NCBI GenBank assembly: GCA_965644295.1
Contig: CBFFRP010000091.1
Coordinates: 104,345-168,344 of the forward strand
Origin: Paraphysomonas bandaiensis
Taxonomy: Eukaryota > Protista > Chrysophyceae
DNA length: 64,000 bases
Reading direction: 5' to 3'
Below, piece after piece: positions 52,401-64,000 of this stretch (position 1 is its first letter; each line of letters begins with the position of its first letter). A model generated the notes under the pieces. That model worked only from the letters and a program-made list of their open reading frames with translations. It did not search any database and was not told the DNA's origin. A program made the translations under genes and the position numbers.

Positions 52401-53914
52401 CTGGAGGAGTATAAATACGGCGTTGATGGTGTAGATATACGCAAACAGGAAGATGATGATTCGGACAATGACTCCACAGACTCGTTGAGTCATTTGCTCT
52501 TCGAAGAGGATGAAAAATGCCATTTGCGGCGTCAACGAAGTATAGATGAGGATGCATTAGAGCTGGGAACTGTGGACCTGTCGAAGCGGCCGAAGTACGA
52601 GGAAATAAAGCGTAAGCAACGTACAAAATACAGAAGATACGCTACGATAGGTAGAAATATAGCCCGCGAAGAATTACCTTCAGATGTCGAAAATGAATCT
52701 GCCGTATCACCGACCGATACCACTTTGACTATTCAGTCCGATGCTGCAGAGATTAATATCAGCGGCTGCGAAGTAGAAAGCCCAGGATCAATATCTAGTC
52801 CGAATAGCAGCGATTTACGACCTAAAGAAGGAAGCAGTCGTGGCAATAGAAGAGCCAAGGATGTGAATATTCGAGAGACTTATCTTACAATGACCAAATC
52901 CAACCCCTTCCTCACAGGCACCACTGAAGCTACAACTGAAAATGTTCCAGATGAAGCTGATGATGTTGAGTGTAGTGTGAAGGCGAATCGAATTGTTGAA
53001 GCTATTGTAGACATTTTCTCTCGCGTATACCTTAGATCTAGGCACTTGGCGCTGATTCTTCGGTGGTTCTTTATTGGAAGGCATCACAGGACCAGACATT
53101 TTGGATCTTACCGTGTGGAGCTTGCTGTGCAGCTGTTTTGCCGCGTCGTAGACACTCATAACTTTGACCTCGTGTTGCGGGTGTTGCAGCCCTATGAGTG
53201 CGCACATTTCATTTGTCGGATGGGTATTCTGAATGTGTTCAACCCCCTCAAACCTGAGGGTGCACATTGTCTGTGTTTGGCGAGGCGAGATGAAAGAGTT
53301 GCGGCCAAAATCTTGACTGCTTTGTCTGTGACAGAGCCTGGAGAGAACCTAGTGGACGGGTCGTTCAGGTGGGAGTACGATGCGTCAAAGATTCCGGGAT
53401 GGGAGTTGACAGAGTCTTGGCTACGGGATGAGGACATGCTGGACAGGGGGTTTCTCTCTGTCACATACTCGAATGGAACAGGTTGTGCAGTCAATTTAAG
53501 AAAATCCCTGCTATATTTGGTAAGTAGTTTATTGCGTAATCGCGCTGAATTAATCTTACCGTTGCTGTGTGTAGGTGCGGATTAGCGAGGCCGATATTTT
53601 GTCTGATGAAAACAATGTGTTCGACGACGGATCGAGAACTCACATAAAGCTAGTGGGCAAAGCGTACATCCAAAGTCATCAAGGTACTATATACGTATGC
53701 AGTTGTGGCCACTGTTATTCATGTTCTGGTTGCAGATATATGGGATTCACTCCTTGCGCCAGTGACCTCATCAACTGCCCAGCTTGGAGCCGGTTTAGAT
53801 TTTTTTGAAGTTTTCCCTCGTGCATTAAGAAAACTGTCATCTCATAAGTCAGCTGATCAAGAGGATGTCATGCAAACGAAACCCACAAGTAGTAAAGGGA
53901 AAGTGGTTCGTTAG
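49495..53914 (+). CDS. Large RNI-like LRR plus EF-hand-pair protein, about 4 exons
   Basis: About 9 RNI-type LRRs in exon 1. EF loops DVDGSGCLDRIE and DVDSSGELDEDE. GT-AG introns at about 50747, 53520 and 53683. Confidence 0.88.
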
Positions 53915-54647
53915 TATATAGTGTTGTTTGTTAGTTTTTAGGTGTTTGAATCGGGATATGCTTGTTATCATTCTGTTCGTATGTATTCATACACAACTAT
54001 GATGTTGGAGGTGATATGGCTATCTGACATATGTGCAAAGTGCCACCCTTTGTCACAGTTCTTTGTACTGTTCGTTAATCTGGGAAATTTATTGTCGTAT
54101 ATAATGTTGTGCTACCATATTTATTTTATCGCCCTTCGATTCTATTCGCGAGCATTCGTTGGATAATGTAATTCTACGTTTTTTTAATTGAACGTGTCGT
54201 TTTCTCTGATATTTATCAAAGTCAGTGTGCATACGAGAATACGAAAACAAGGTAACTAATCCACAATATACTGGCAAGCAGTGTCAGAAGTGACGAAGAA
54301 TTCAAGTTTAAAATGCCAGCCACTAAAACAGGAAACTTAGAAATATAAACACGTGAGTTTTGGTTTATACTGTACACCATTCCACGAATGACAGGGTTCA
54401 ATATATTTCATCTCCTCTTTCAACTAGAAAACATTCATAAAAAACACACTTTTTCCCCAAGTTTGAAAGAAGCCACTACGAGGTTCGTAGCAGGGGTTAA
54501 GTGTGTTATAAAAGATGTGATGATGATGTCAGCAACGAAACGAAACCTCGTGCAACTACAACTTCCCACATTCAACATCTTCACATTGATTTATGCGCGA
54601 ATTCAACCTTGTAGTTGCTATTCTCTCAGTATCTAGGGGTTAGTACT

Positions 54648-55198
54648 TATTGAAAGTCTCATTATTAGCAATAGGCGTTAAGAATCAGCACTAGCTTACT
54701 GCCTAGTAGCTAGATGAAAACTAGTCAAAAGCTAGATAGACGTCTACCTTCTACCTGTATAGCTAACCAGTACAAACTCTATTATCCAACTATTTAACGC
54801 TACGAAAGCTGCTTGTGTGCGTCTCCGCAAGCATTAAGGTACAACCACTTCCGCTCTACTCAAAGCAAACGCCGTGAGCAAGCAGAATGTTGATATACCT
54901 AACATCTGCTGACTTAATTTTTTGAGTCGTTAAGGTGAACATCCCGGATGCTTGACTTCAGCAGGCAGTCCCATACCCCGGTTACCTTTGAGGTGGGCTA
55001 TGTCCTAGATGTCTGTATATTCATCAGAACCCAAAGGCGTCTACACGAGTGACACTTCTTAGCATTTGGCTATGAATGGGCAGAACAATATCTGCTCACT
55101 ATGTTTGCGGCTCACGTGAGTTTCCCACAGAGAATCTCTCAGGTGCTTCTTGTCCCCCAGAACACCACGAAATGTGCGAGTCCGACTTTGTTGAGGGA
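54648..55198 (-). mobile_element. Family-1 repeat, copy G (near full length; contains the amplification breakpoint)
   Basis: Reverse-complement homology to copies A and D from the tail to gttgaggg. Confidence 0.9.
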
Positions 55199-55375
55199 GT
55201 TTATGTATTTGAACACAAATGTGTATTTTCTAAAATTATGTCTTATATGCATAAACTGTTTATTCGATAGAATATCTTGATAATTTATTTTGTTTTGTTA
55301 ATGTTAATCATGGAATGTCTATTTCATCTTATATTTCAGATATATTAGGTTTTCAATATATGTCATGAGGATATG

Positions 55376-55454
55376 AGTTACAATTTAACCGATGAATAAG
55401 ATTCTGAGCGCGGGACGATATAGCCTCCTTAAAACCCATAGTTAAATATAACTA
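55376..55454 (-). mobile_element. Family-3 palindromic MITE (also at about 58856-58934 and 62324-62402)
   Basis: Inverted match to 12833-12931. Ends agttacaatttaacc / agttaaatataact. Confidence 0.65.
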
Positions 55455-55926
55455 TATGTTTGGTAAATGAATTTACTTTTTTCGTTATAAGCATGTGATC
55501 AATTATTTCTAAATTATCTGCTTTAAAATTAAGAATTATCATAAACGCAGAATACTTTTATCGAAAATGAATTTTAAAAAATCTGTATTGCCAACAATCT
55601 GCTGGCAACGTTATATAGAAGTTATGCATCATCTACACTAATTTTACATATTTAATCCAGCATGGCTCCTGCTCGTCACTAATTGTCTGTTTCGGTTCGT
55701 TAACCCTTTTATATGACACCCCGCAACTAGCAAAGCTTGGACATGATATGCGCTTTCAAAAAAATAAACGTCTCCATAATTTATCCCAACAAAATGGTGA
55801 ACACCAGAAAATCGTAAAAGCAATAGTGAAAACAATTTGCACGTCACTACAAAAACAAATAAAAAATGAAATAAAAAACAATGCCACATCGAGAATCCAA
55901 ATTGAAGATGACATCATTTCTCTATG

Positions 55927-57109
55927 TTAATATTTTGTGGTAGCCCCAGTGGCTTCTAGGATCTCATATAGCTTTTTCTCTTCCGGATCCATAGCTTTCC
56001 AGCGCATTCCTAAGTACTTGCCCATTGTCCGTTGCATATCTCCACACTTCAGACCAGCGAGAAATAAACGCTCCTACAATTCAGTCTAATTATGACAATA
56101 TCGTGCATGACATACAAAATGGATACCCACCTGATGGGCAAACAAACTGTACGCAGTTCTCGGACGCATTACTTTAGGAGCTCCAGCAGATGTAGTATCA
56201 CCAGACTCAGTATCCACTTTCTTCCGCCTTCCACGTCTTTTCTTCACCACACCCGCTTCAAACAAATTCTCAGCTTGGGACTTTGACGGGCTCTGAAGAG
56301 ACTTCGATGGCTGCCCGTCGAGTCCGTAACCCGGTGGCGGGTCAATTCTGCATAATACCATACATTATGATTGATCAACTACATTGCATATGGTGCCTTA
56401 CTTGGGCACAATGCTTCCCCCATGAAAGGTGTTGTAGACGTGAAGTTCCTGTAGGTATCTTATCTTATCGTTATGCGCCTTCTTCAGGAATACAGCCTTC
56501 TTGTTCTTGGGAAGGTCTCGCCAAAGCTTGCCGATAATCTTATTCACTTCATTGTTTGCAAGATGCTTCAAAACACATGTCACATAACACACTGATAAGG
56601 AGATTGATAGGCTTACAGCGAACTCATGAGACATAGTGGCCCGCACCCGTATGGCGAAGAAGTTAAACCCGCTGACATATCCCTTTGGCTCTCTCACCTA
56701 TATATGTATGAGCCCCACGTATGATATGTGTACGTGTGTGTACGTGTGTATGTGTACGTGTGTATGTGTACGTGTGTATGTGTGCATGTATGTATATACG
56801 GGTCAGAGGGCTCTGGTGGTAGGGAGCACTTACATGCTTGAATGATCCCTCACTGGCAAAGGTGGACGGCGGCAGAGCAAGAGCCTCTGATTTGAATGCA
56901 GCGGAAACATCCAACAGACTCAACTGCTCGTCCGTGTCTGCTGCTCGCGAGGTACTGTCAGGCCTGTCTGTTGCATTGCCCTCTATACCATGAGAGAGCT
57001 TATCAGGGGACACGCTTGCAATGGAAATCTCTTGCTTCACTGAGGAGAGAGAGTGGAGTGACAGGGGCGGGGTCATGGGCAGGCTAATGGGGGCTGCTGT
57101 GGTTATCAT
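55927..57109 (-). CDS. Dual HMG-box protein, copy 1, 5 exons
   Basis: PKGYVSGFNFF...NNEVNKIIGKLWRDL...DKIRYLQEL and PRTAYSLF...MGKYLGMRWKAMDPEEKKLYE, with a basic KKRRGRRKK linker. Confidence 0.9.
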
Positions 57110-57526
57110 CCTTGTATTGAGCACAATCCAACCTTTGGAGTGGTGTTTAACTAGAAATATGTGTAGAGGCACAAAACTGATTAAGTATGAAAATCTATGC
57201 TTTTGGGCCCAAGGTCTTATTTTCCAGGATATCATAGTGCAGGTACGAGCAGCAGATAAGATACGTACGACTTATGTGCGTATGTAGGGGTGTGATATCT
57301 AGATATGCGTAGAGTATGGAGCAGCTGTCGTTGTACTTCTGCAAGACCACTCCACACACAAGAAGCACAGTGCATAAGTACATCTCCTGCAGTACGGTGA
57401 AGACGTACAGATCAAGATGTTATGATCTCAGCATGATCTCCACACATACATGCATATCGAGAAGAACCCCGGGCGGGCCTGTACCGCATAACCAACAGCA
57501 TAACCCCGTCAAGTAACCTCCTCTCG

Positions 57527-58156
57527 ATGTATCTTCTTCCTCTATCATTAGGTCTATTATCTGTGTGTGTTGTTGATGGTTTGTCTGTGTCTGTTAAGCC
57601 GGGGTCCATGGAGTGCTTCATAGTAACTGCATCCACTGGAACACACTGCTTTGGTAGCTTTCAGATACTCTCCTCTGACCCAGAGCCAATATCAATCACA
57701 GTAGTGGGTCCTGCCCCTGCTCATACCATGTATCACGAGTCACGATACAGAGGCACTGGAGCTATAGACACAGATGAGACAGAGGGCTCCTTTGCTTTCG
57801 ATGCTGACCTGGAGGGGGATTATAACCTTTGCATAAGCAATGGAAACCCACAAAATCACGATGGTCATGAGAAGTTAGTTGCTTTCAACTTTAGGACTGT
57901 GGATAGCACGGGGGATACTGATTATGAGTTCGCAAGTCTCCAGTCAGACCTCTTGGAACTGCAAAAAGGACTCACTTTTCTTAAGGACCATCAAAGCTTT
58001 ATGAATCAGCGTGAAGATGTTCATAAAACTACATTAGAAAGTACGAATGTTAAAGTGTTGTGTTGGACTGTTGTGGAAGCAGTGATATTGGTAGGAATGA
58101 TGCTGTGGCAACTGACATACATCAGTAAATTTTTTGAAACTAAGAGAAAACTGTGA
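57527..58156 (+). CDS. p24/emp24/GOLD cargo receptor, copy 1
   Basis: Signal peptide, GOLD Cys pair (ECF, YNLCISN), coiled coil, TM helix and FFETKRKL tail. Confidence 0.95.
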   Translation: MYLLPLSLGLLSVCVVDGLSVSVKPGSMECFIVTASTGTHCFGSFQILSSDPEPISITVVGPAPAHTMYHESRYRGTGAIDTDETEGSFAFDADLEGDYNLCISNGNPQNHDGHEKLVAFNFRTVDSTGDTDYEFASLQSDLLELQKGLTFLKDHQSFMNQREDVHKTTLESTNVKVLCWTVVEAVILVGMMLWQLTYISKFFETKRKL

Positions 58157-59408
58157 TACCCCTAGGAGGTACCATAAATGCATTCCGCGGACGATGTGCT
58201 CTATGATATGAACACTACTACAATTGGAATAGGTCACGACTTCGATACAGGGTTACAAGAAGCCGGCAACCTTGTCCAACAACAGAAAAGTGGAGAAGGG
58301 GTTGCCTCGCTCGCTACCATTATTATATATTAAATTAAAGTTTATGTCATAGAAAGAACGCGTAACGATGCAACCTCCTTCTCCCTCTTTTCAATTTGAT
58401 GTGGCTCCATCTAATCCCCACCTTAATGAAATATCAGCAAATGTAACATAGCTCTCGACTCTACATCCGTAGCCTGTAGCACTTTAGCAATCAATCACGC
58501 AGCTTAAACGCACCTAAAATCAATTTTAAATTGGCTTATTATCTTTTGGCTATGAATGGGCAGAACAATATCTGCTCACTATGTTTGCGGCTCACGTGAG
58601 TTTCCCTCAGAGAATCTCTCAGGTATTTCTTGTCCCCCAGAACACCACGAAATGTGCGAGTCCGACTTTGTTGGGGGAGTTTATGTATTTGAACACAAAT
58701 GTGTATTTTCTAAATTTATGTCTTATATGCATAAACTGTTTATTTGATAGAATATCTTGATAATTTATTTTGTTTTGTTAATGTTAATCATGGAATGTCT
58801 ATTTCATCTTATATTTCAGATATATTAGGTTTTCAATATATGTCATGAGGATATGAGTTACAATTTAACCGATGAATAAGATTCTGAGCGCGGGACGATA
58901 TAGCCTCCTTAAAACCCATAGTTAAATATAACTATATGTTTGGTAAATGAATTTACTTTTTTCGTTATAAGCATGTGATCAATTATTTCTAAATTATCTG
59001 CTTTAAAATTAAGAATTATCATAAACGCAGAATACTTTTATCGAAAATGAATTTTAAAAAATCTGTATTGCCAACAATCTGCTGGCAACGTTATATAGAA
59101 GTTATGCATCATCTACACTAATTTTACATATTTAATCCAGCATGGCTCCTGCTCGTCACTAATTGTCTGTTTCGGTTCGTTAACCCTTTTATATGACACC
59201 CCGCAACTAGCAAAGCTTGTGGACATGATATGCGCTTTCAAAAAAATAAACGTCTCCATAATTTATCCCAACAAAATGGTGAACACCAGAAAATCGTAAA
59301 AGCAATAGTGAAAACAATTTGCACGTCACTACAAAAACAAATAAAAAATGAAATAAAAAACAATGCCACATCGAGAATCCAAATTGAAGATGACATCATT
59401 TCTCTATG

Positions 59409-60577
59409 TTAATATTTTGTGGTAGCCCCAGTGGCTTCTAGGATCTCATATAGCTTTTTCTCTTCCGGATCCATAGCTTTCCAGCGCATTCCTAAGTACT
59501 TGCCCATTGTCCGTTGCATATCTCCACACTTCAGACCAGCGAGAAATAAACGCTCCTACAATTCAGTCTAATTATGACAATATCGTGCACGACATACAAA
59601 ACGGATACCCACCTGATGGGCAAACAAACTGTACGCAGTTCTCGGACGCATTACTTTAGGAGCTCCAGCAGATGTAGTATCACCAGACTCAGTATCCACT
59701 TTCTTCCGCCTTCCACGTCTTTTCTTCACCACACCCGCTTCAAACAAATTCTCAGCTTGGGACTTTGACGGGCTCTGAAGAGACTTCGATGGCTGCCCGT
59801 CGAGTCCGTAACCCGGTGGCGGGTCAATTCTGCATAATACCATACATTATGATTGATCAACTACATTGCATATGGTGCCTTACTTGGGCACAATGCTTCC
59901 CCCATGAAAGGTGTTGTAGACGTGAAGTTCCTGTAGGTATCTTATTTTATCGTTATGCGCCTTCTTCAGGAATACAGCCTTCTTGTTCTTGGGAAGGTCT
60001 CGCCAAAGCTTGCCGATAATCTTATTCACTTCATTGTTTGCAAGATGCTTCAAAACACATGTCACATAACACACTGATAAGGAGATTGATAGGCTTACAG
60101 CGAACTCATGAGACATAGTGGCCCGCACCCGTATGGCGAAGAAGTTAAACCCGCTGACATATCCCTTTGGCTCTCTCACCTATATATGTATAAGCCCCAC
60201 GTATGATATGTGTACGTGTGTGTACGTGTGTATGTGTACGTGTGTATGTGTGCATGTATGTATATACGGGTCAGAGGGCTCTGGTGGTAGGGAGCACTTA
60301 CATGCTTGAATGATCCCTCACTGGCAAAGGTGGACGGCGGCAGAGCAAGAGCCTCTGATTTGAATGCAGCGGAAACATCCAACAGACTCAACTGCTCGTC
60401 CGTGTCTGCTGCTCGCGAGGTACTGTCAGGCCTGTCTGTTGCATTGCCCTCTATACCATGAGAGAGCTTATCAGGGGACACGCTTGCAATGGAAATCTCT
60501 TGCTTCACTGAGGAGAGAGAGTGGAGTGACAGGGGCGGGGTCATGGGCAGGCTAATGGGGGCTGCTGTGGTTATCAT
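59409..60577 (-). CDS. Dual HMG-box protein, copy 2
   Basis: Same exon structure as copy 1. The differences I saw are intronic or synonymous. Confidence 0.9.
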
Positions 60578-60994
60578 CCTTGTATTGAGCACAATCCAAC
60601 CTTTGGAGTGGTGTTTAACTAGAAATATGTGTAGAGGCACAAAACTGATTAAGTATGAAAATCTATGCTTTTGGGCCCAAGGTCTTATTTTCCAGGATAT
60701 CATAGTGCAGGTACGAGCAGCAGATAAGATACGTACGACTTATGTGCGTATGTAGGGGTGTGATATCTAGATATGCGTAGAGTATGGAGCAGCTGTCGTT
60801 GTACTTCTGCAAGACCACTCCACACACAAGAAGCACAGTGCATAAGTACATCTCCTGCAGTACGGTGAAGACGTACAGATCAAGATGTTATGATCTCAGC
60901 ATGATCTCCACACATACATGCATATCGAGAAGAACCCCGGGCGGGCCTGTACCGCATAACCAACAGCATAACCCCGTCAAGTAACCTCCTCTCG

Positions 60995-61624
60995 ATGTAT
61001 CTTCTTCCTCTATCATTAGGTCTATTATCTGTGTGTGTTGTTGATGGTTTGTCTGTGTCTGTTAAGCCGGGGTCCATGGAGTGCTTCATAGTAACTGCAT
61101 CCACTGGAACACACTGCTTTGGTAGCTTTCAGATACTCTCCTCTGACCCAGAGCCAATATCAATCACAGTAGTGGGTCCTGCCCCTGCTCATACCATGTA
61201 TCACGAGTCACGATACAGAGGCACTGGAGCTATAGACACAGATGAGACAGAGGGCTCCTTTGCTTTCGATGCTGACCTGGAGGGGGATTATAACCTTTGC
61301 ATAAGCAATGGAAACCCACAAAATCACGATGGTCATGAGAAGTTAGTTGCTTTCAACTTTAGGACTGTGGATAGCACGGGGGATACTGATTATGAGTTCG
61401 CAAGTCTCCAGTCAGACCTCTTGGAACTGCAAAAAGGACTCACTTTTCTTAAGGACCATCAAAGCTTTATGAATCAGCGTGAAGATGTTCATAAAACTAC
61501 ATTAGAAAGTACGAATGTTAAAGTGTTGTGTTGGACTGTTGTGGAAGCAGTGATATTGGTAGGAATGATGCTGTGGCAACTGACATACATCAGTAAATTT
61601 TTTGAAACTAAGAGAAAACTGTGA
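60995..61624 (+). CDS. p24/emp24/GOLD cargo receptor, copy 2
   Basis: Translated protein identical to copy 1. Confidence 0.95.
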   Translation: MYLLPLSLGLLSVCVVDGLSVSVKPGSMECFIVTASTGTHCFGSFQILSSDPEPISITVVGPAPAHTMYHESRYRGTGAIDTDETEGSFAFDADLEGDYNLCISNGNPQNHDGHEKLVAFNFRTVDSTGDTDYEFASLQSDLLELQKGLTFLKDHQSFMNQREDVHKTTLESTNVKVLCWTVVEAVILVGMMLWQLTYISKFFETKRKL

Positions 61625-62875
61625 TACCCCTAGGAGGTACCATAAATGCATTCCGCGGACGATGTGCTCTATGATATGAACACTACTACAATTGGAATAG
61701 GTCACGACTTCGATACAGGGTTACAAGAAGCCGGCAACCTTGTCCAACAACAGAAAAGTGGAGAAGGGGTTGCCTCGCTCGCTACGATTATTATATATTA
61801 AATTAAAGTTTATGTCATAGAAAGAACGCGTAACGATGCAACCTCCTTCTCCCTCTTTTCAATTTGATGTGGCTCCATCTAATCCCCACCTTAATGTAAT
61901 ATCAGCAAATGTAACATAGCTCTCGACTCTACATCCGTAGCCTGTAGCACTTTAGCAATCAATCACGCAGCTTAAACGCACCTAAAATCAATTTTAAATT
62001 GGCTTATTAGCTTTTGGCTATGAATGGGCAGAACAATATCTGCTCACTATGTTTGCGGCTCACGTGAGTTTCCCTCAGAGAATCTCTCAGGTATTTCTTG
62101 TCCCCCAGAACACCACGAAATGTGCGAGTCCGACTTTGTTGAGGGAGTTTATGTATTTGAACACAAATGTGTATTTCTAAATTTATGTCTTATATGCATA
62201 AACTGTTTATTTGATAGAATATCTTGATAATTTATTTTGTTTTGTTAATGTTAATCATGGAATGTCTATTTCATCTTATATTTCAGATATATTAGGTTTT
62301 CAATATATGTCATGAGGATATGAGTTACAATTTAACCGATGAATAAGATTCTGAGCGCGGGACGATATAGCCTCCTTAAAACCCATAGTTAAATATAACT
62401 ATATGTTTGGTAAATGAATTTACTTTTTTCGTTATAAGCATGTGATCAATTATTTCTAAATTATCTGCTTTAAAATTAAGAATTATCATAAACGCAGAAT
62501 ACTTTTATCGAAAATGAATTTTAAAAAATCTGTATTGCCAACAATCTGCTGGCAACGTTATATAGAAGTTATGCATCATCTACACTAATTTTACATATTT
62601 AATCCAGCATGGCTCCTGCTCGTCACTAATTGTCTGTTTCGGTTCGTTAACCCTTTTATATGACACCCCGCAACTAGCAAAGCTTGTGGACATGATATGC
62701 GCTTTCAAAAAAATAAACGTCTCCATAATTTATCCCAACAAAATGGTGAACACCAGAAAATCGTAAAAGCAATAGTGAAAACAATTTGCACGTCACTACA
62801 AAAACAAATAAAAAATGAAATAAAAAACAATGCCACATCGAGAATCCAAATTGAAGATGACATCATTTCTCTATG

Positions 62876-64000
62876 TTAATATTTTGTGGTAGCCCCAGTG
62901 GCTTCTAGGATCTCATATAGCTTTTTCTCTTCCGGATCCATAGCTTTCCAGCGCATTCCTAAGTACTTGCCCATTGTCCGTTGCATATCTCCACACTTCA
63001 GACCAGCGAGAAATAAACGCTCCTACAATTCAGTCTAAGTATGACAATATCGTGCATGACATACAAAACGGATACCCACCTGATGGGCAAACAAACTGTA
63101 CGCAGTTCTCGGACGCATTACTTTAGGAGCTCCAGCAGATGTAGTATCACCAGACTCAGTATCCACTTTCTTCCGCCTTCCACGTCTTTTCTTCACCACG
63201 CCCGCTTCAAACAAATTCTCAGCTTGGGACTTTGACGGGCTCTGAAGAGACTTCGATGGCTGCCCGTCGAGTCCGTAACCCGGTGGCGGGTCAATTCTGC
63301 ATAATACCATACATTATGATTGATCAACTACATTGCATATGGTGCCTTACTTGGGCACAATGCTTCCCCCATGAAAGGTGTTGTAGACGTGAAGTTCCTG
63401 TAGGTATCTTATTTTATCGTTATGCGCCTTCTTCAGGAATACAGCCTTCTTGTTCTTGGGAAGGTCTCGCCAAAGCTTGCCGATAATCTTATTCACTTCA
63501 TTGTTTGCAAGATGCTTCAAAACACATGTCACATAACACACTGATAAGGAGATTGATAGGCTTACAGCGAACTCATGAGACATAGTGGCCCGCACCCGTA
63601 TGGCGAAGAAGTTAAACCCGCTGACATATCCCTTTGGCTCTCTCACCTATATATGTATAAGCCCCACGTATGATATGTGTACGTGTGTATGTGTACGTGT
63701 GTATGTGTACGTGTGTATGTGTGCATGTATGTATATACGGGTCAGAGGGCTCTGGTGGTAGGGAGCACTTACATGCTTGAATGATCCCTCACTGGCAAAG
63801 GTGGACGGCGGCAGAGCAAGAGCCTCTGATTTGAATGCAGCGGAAACATCCAACAGACTCAACTGCTCGTCCGTGTCTGCTGCTCGCGAGGTACTGTCAG
63901 GCCTGTCTGTTGCATTGCCCTCTATACCATGAGAGAGCTTATCAGGGGACACGCTTGCAATGGAAATCTCTTGCTTCACTGAGGAGAGAGAGTGGAGTGA
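62876..64000 (-). CDS. Dual HMG-box protein, copy 3 (5' end outside window)
   Basis: Same exons as copy 1, truncated by the window edge. Confidence 0.88.

Larger units (their letters stand above)
55065..64000. repeat. Tandem segmental amplification with units 55065-58544, 58545-62012 and 62013->64000
   Basis: Near-identical units of 3480 and 3468 bp plus a third partial unit. Each starts tttggctatgaatgggcag. Confidence 0.98.

Noticed and set aside
55076-55270. Recurrent ORFs MGRTISAHY... and MRFQKNKRL..., plus 35953-36288 and 19040-19282
   Set aside because: They are chance frames in repeats or 3' regions. They recur only because of duplication and their lengths differ between copies.
58264-58340. 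ggcaacc/ggttgcc hairpin as a Helitron end driving the tandem array
   Set aside because: It lies about 200 bp from the unit boundary, and there are no TC...CTRR termini at the junction.

Overview
Gene-dense eukaryotic nuclear DNA with short (mostly 40-60 nt) GT-AG introns. The gene content suggests a stramenopile protist; this is inference. There are 17 distinct host protein genes: ABCC/MRP transporter, sphingosine/DAG kinase, RhoGDI, PP2A-C, a Cys-rich GPI-type protein, an Upf1/Sen1-like helicase, an EF-hand repeat protein, a Sec23-like protein, a SAP-RCC1 protein, a 2030-aa PDZ/SIM/Cys-His protein, uL23m, two RNI-like LRR proteins, TMEM184, an MPPED-like phosphoesterase, an HMG-box protein and p24. 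Sixteen of them form eight head-to-head pairs with 0.36-0.65 kb spacers, and all transposon debris lies outside these spacers, in the tail-to-tail gaps. The one unpaired gene (uL23m) faces an ORF-less, apparently spliced minus-strand region. Its first intron carries a candidate box C/D snoRNA complementary to a conserved LSU rRNA segment. Mobile DNA includes non-autonomous hAT elements with 8-bp TSDs, a tiny palindromic MITE, and a structured ~550-nt retroelement-like repeat (9 pieces), one piece of which follows an orphan 486-aa ORF. The window ends in a recent ~3.47-kb tandem amplification of the HMG/p24 pair. All coordinates and alignments were read by eye; no searches were run.
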